Assembly (NCBI GenBank): GCA_977862235.1 | Contig: OZ374565.1 | Location: forward strand, 2,480,001-2,544,000 | DNA length: 64,000 bases | Reading direction: 5' to 3' | DNA from: Dudresnaya verticillata | Taxonomy: Eukaryota | Part shown: one piece after another, positions 63,001-64,000 of the stretch | How the letters are laid out: the number at the start of each line of letters is the position of its first letter | Numbering within the stretch: the first letter of the stretch is position 1 | The notes under the pieces: generated by a model | What the model was told of the DNA's origin: nothing | What the model saw: only the letters and a program-made list of their open reading frames with translations | The model's database searches: none | Translations under genes and position numbers: made by a program

Positions 63001-64000
63001 TTCAACTTTATAACAGGTGATCATATTCTAATATTTGTCGACGTACAATCTACTGTAGTATCACAACAAAGTTAAACCCCAACTCAAACAACTTGCACAT
63101 CTACACCTCCTGTTGGATCCCTTCCATCAGGCACTTGACGTTGTTCTGCACCAGTCGCGCCGCGTGCCTGTGGAACAGAGCCGCTCGCGAAACACCGCGA
63201 GTTACCATGGCCCGAGAAGCCACGGTATCCGCCAACTCTTGCATATACTTGTGCGCCTCCGGGTGCCAGCCACCTAGTGTGGTCATCGGCACCGGCACAA
63301 GCCTTGCCCCCGGTCCGGCAGCCTGGATGAAGCCACGGTAAGTCCGCACCTTGTCAGCGTGGGCGTTCTTCAGCGTCCCTTGCGGGTTTGTTATGCAGCT
63401 GAGAATGCGTTGTTCTGACGACAGTGGATGACTGATTGTGACGTCCAGGTAGTCCGTTCCTCCTTCTGTTCCAAGCGCCTTGATGTCCGGCCGATCCAGG
63501 TGAGCCCCCACAGGGCGGGGCTCCACAATCGGGGTGCGTGTCGCACGTTTCAGATCCGAAGCCAGCAGACGAACCTGAGAGTCGTGGCGCCACGACCGAG
63601 GAGATCCGCTGTTCCGCATGCCGTTCGGACAAATCAGCAGATGGTCGCCGTGAACATCCATCATCTTCTTGCACCCGGCCCGAGGACACTCCGTGTCGGG
63701 TTCCAGCAGTGGAATCCGACAGTAGAATCGAAGCCATACGCGGTAGTCCCGATCCGCAATGTACGTCTTCATGCCTGGTGCCGGCTGGCACTTGAGCCAG
63801 TCCTTGGCGCCCGGCGCGCCAAGGGAAGCTCGGAAAGCTTGCGTCCGCCTGTCCCCGAGCGGCAGCTCGGCTTGCACTTTCTTCAGTACCAACCGCGTCA
63901 AGTCCCTCTGGCGTGGGCACTCGTCGCTGTCGATCTTCTCCAGGTCCAGAGCATCCTCACTATGGCACTTGGCGCTCCAGTCTTCGTGCGCTTCTACTGC
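63001..64000 (-). mobile_element. Retrotransposon copy 15, 3' part (cut by window edge; several private SNPs)
   Basis: 3' UTR and C-terminal ORF joined to 5S +89. Confidence 0.93.
63101..64000 (-). CDS. C-terminal part of the polyprotein (partial)
   Basis: ORF track, 266-aa call. Confidence 0.8.
   Translation of the reverse strand, partial: AVEAHEDWSAKCHSEDALDLEKIDSDECPRQRDLTRLVLKKVQAELPLGDRRTQAFRASLGAPGAKDWLKCQPAPGMKTYIADRDYRVWLRFYCRIPLLEPDTECPRAGCKKMMDVHGDHLLICPNGMRNSGSPRSWRHDSQVRLLASDLKRATRTPIVEPRPVGAHLDRPDIKALGTEGGTDYLDVTISHPLSSEQRILSCITNPQGTLKNAHADKVRTYRGFIQAAGPGARLVPVPMTTLGGWHPEAHKYMQELADTVASRAMVTRGVSRAALFHRHAARLVQNNVKCLMEGIQQEV

Noticed and set aside
1..64000. Telomeric retrotransposon array (HeT-A/MoTeR/Cnl1-like)
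   Set aside because: No telomeric repeats at junctions; junction sequence is 5S-derived, and TTAGGG-like words occur only sporadically in the spacer.
1..64000. Whole array as an assembly artefact
   Set aside because: Distinct junctions, private SNPs and subtypes differentiate copies; exact copy number still needs long-read confirmation.

Overview
Eukaryotic nuclear 5S rDNA tandem array almost completely filled by one site-specific non-LTR retrotransposon family. The ~1.2-kb 'spacers' are 5S rDNA units (1209 bp: 120-nt gene plus 1089-bp spacer, + strand). Every 5S gene in the window is cut after nucleotide +89 (…TTAGTACTGAGGTGAG^GGATCACTC…). The cut holds head-to-tail stacks of a 4.64-kb element oriented antisense to 5S, up to 7 copies (30.3 kb) in one gene. 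There are 16 element copies: 11 carry an intact 1162-aa ORF (N-terminal CCHH finger, reverse transcriptase, CCHC knuckle, restriction-like PD-D-K endonuclease; CRE-clade-like), 3 are 5'-truncated and 2 are cut by the window edges. Copies are separated by 10-14-bp duplications of the 5S target, have invariant 3' junctions without poly(A), and have variable, often fold-back, 5' junctions. The element's 5' non-coding region contains a mimic of the 5S internal promoter and target: two blocks identical to 5S +51..+60 and +83..+96, at the native 22-nt spacing. No intact 5S gene is present. From memory the 5S resembles red-algal 5S; the host is unverified.
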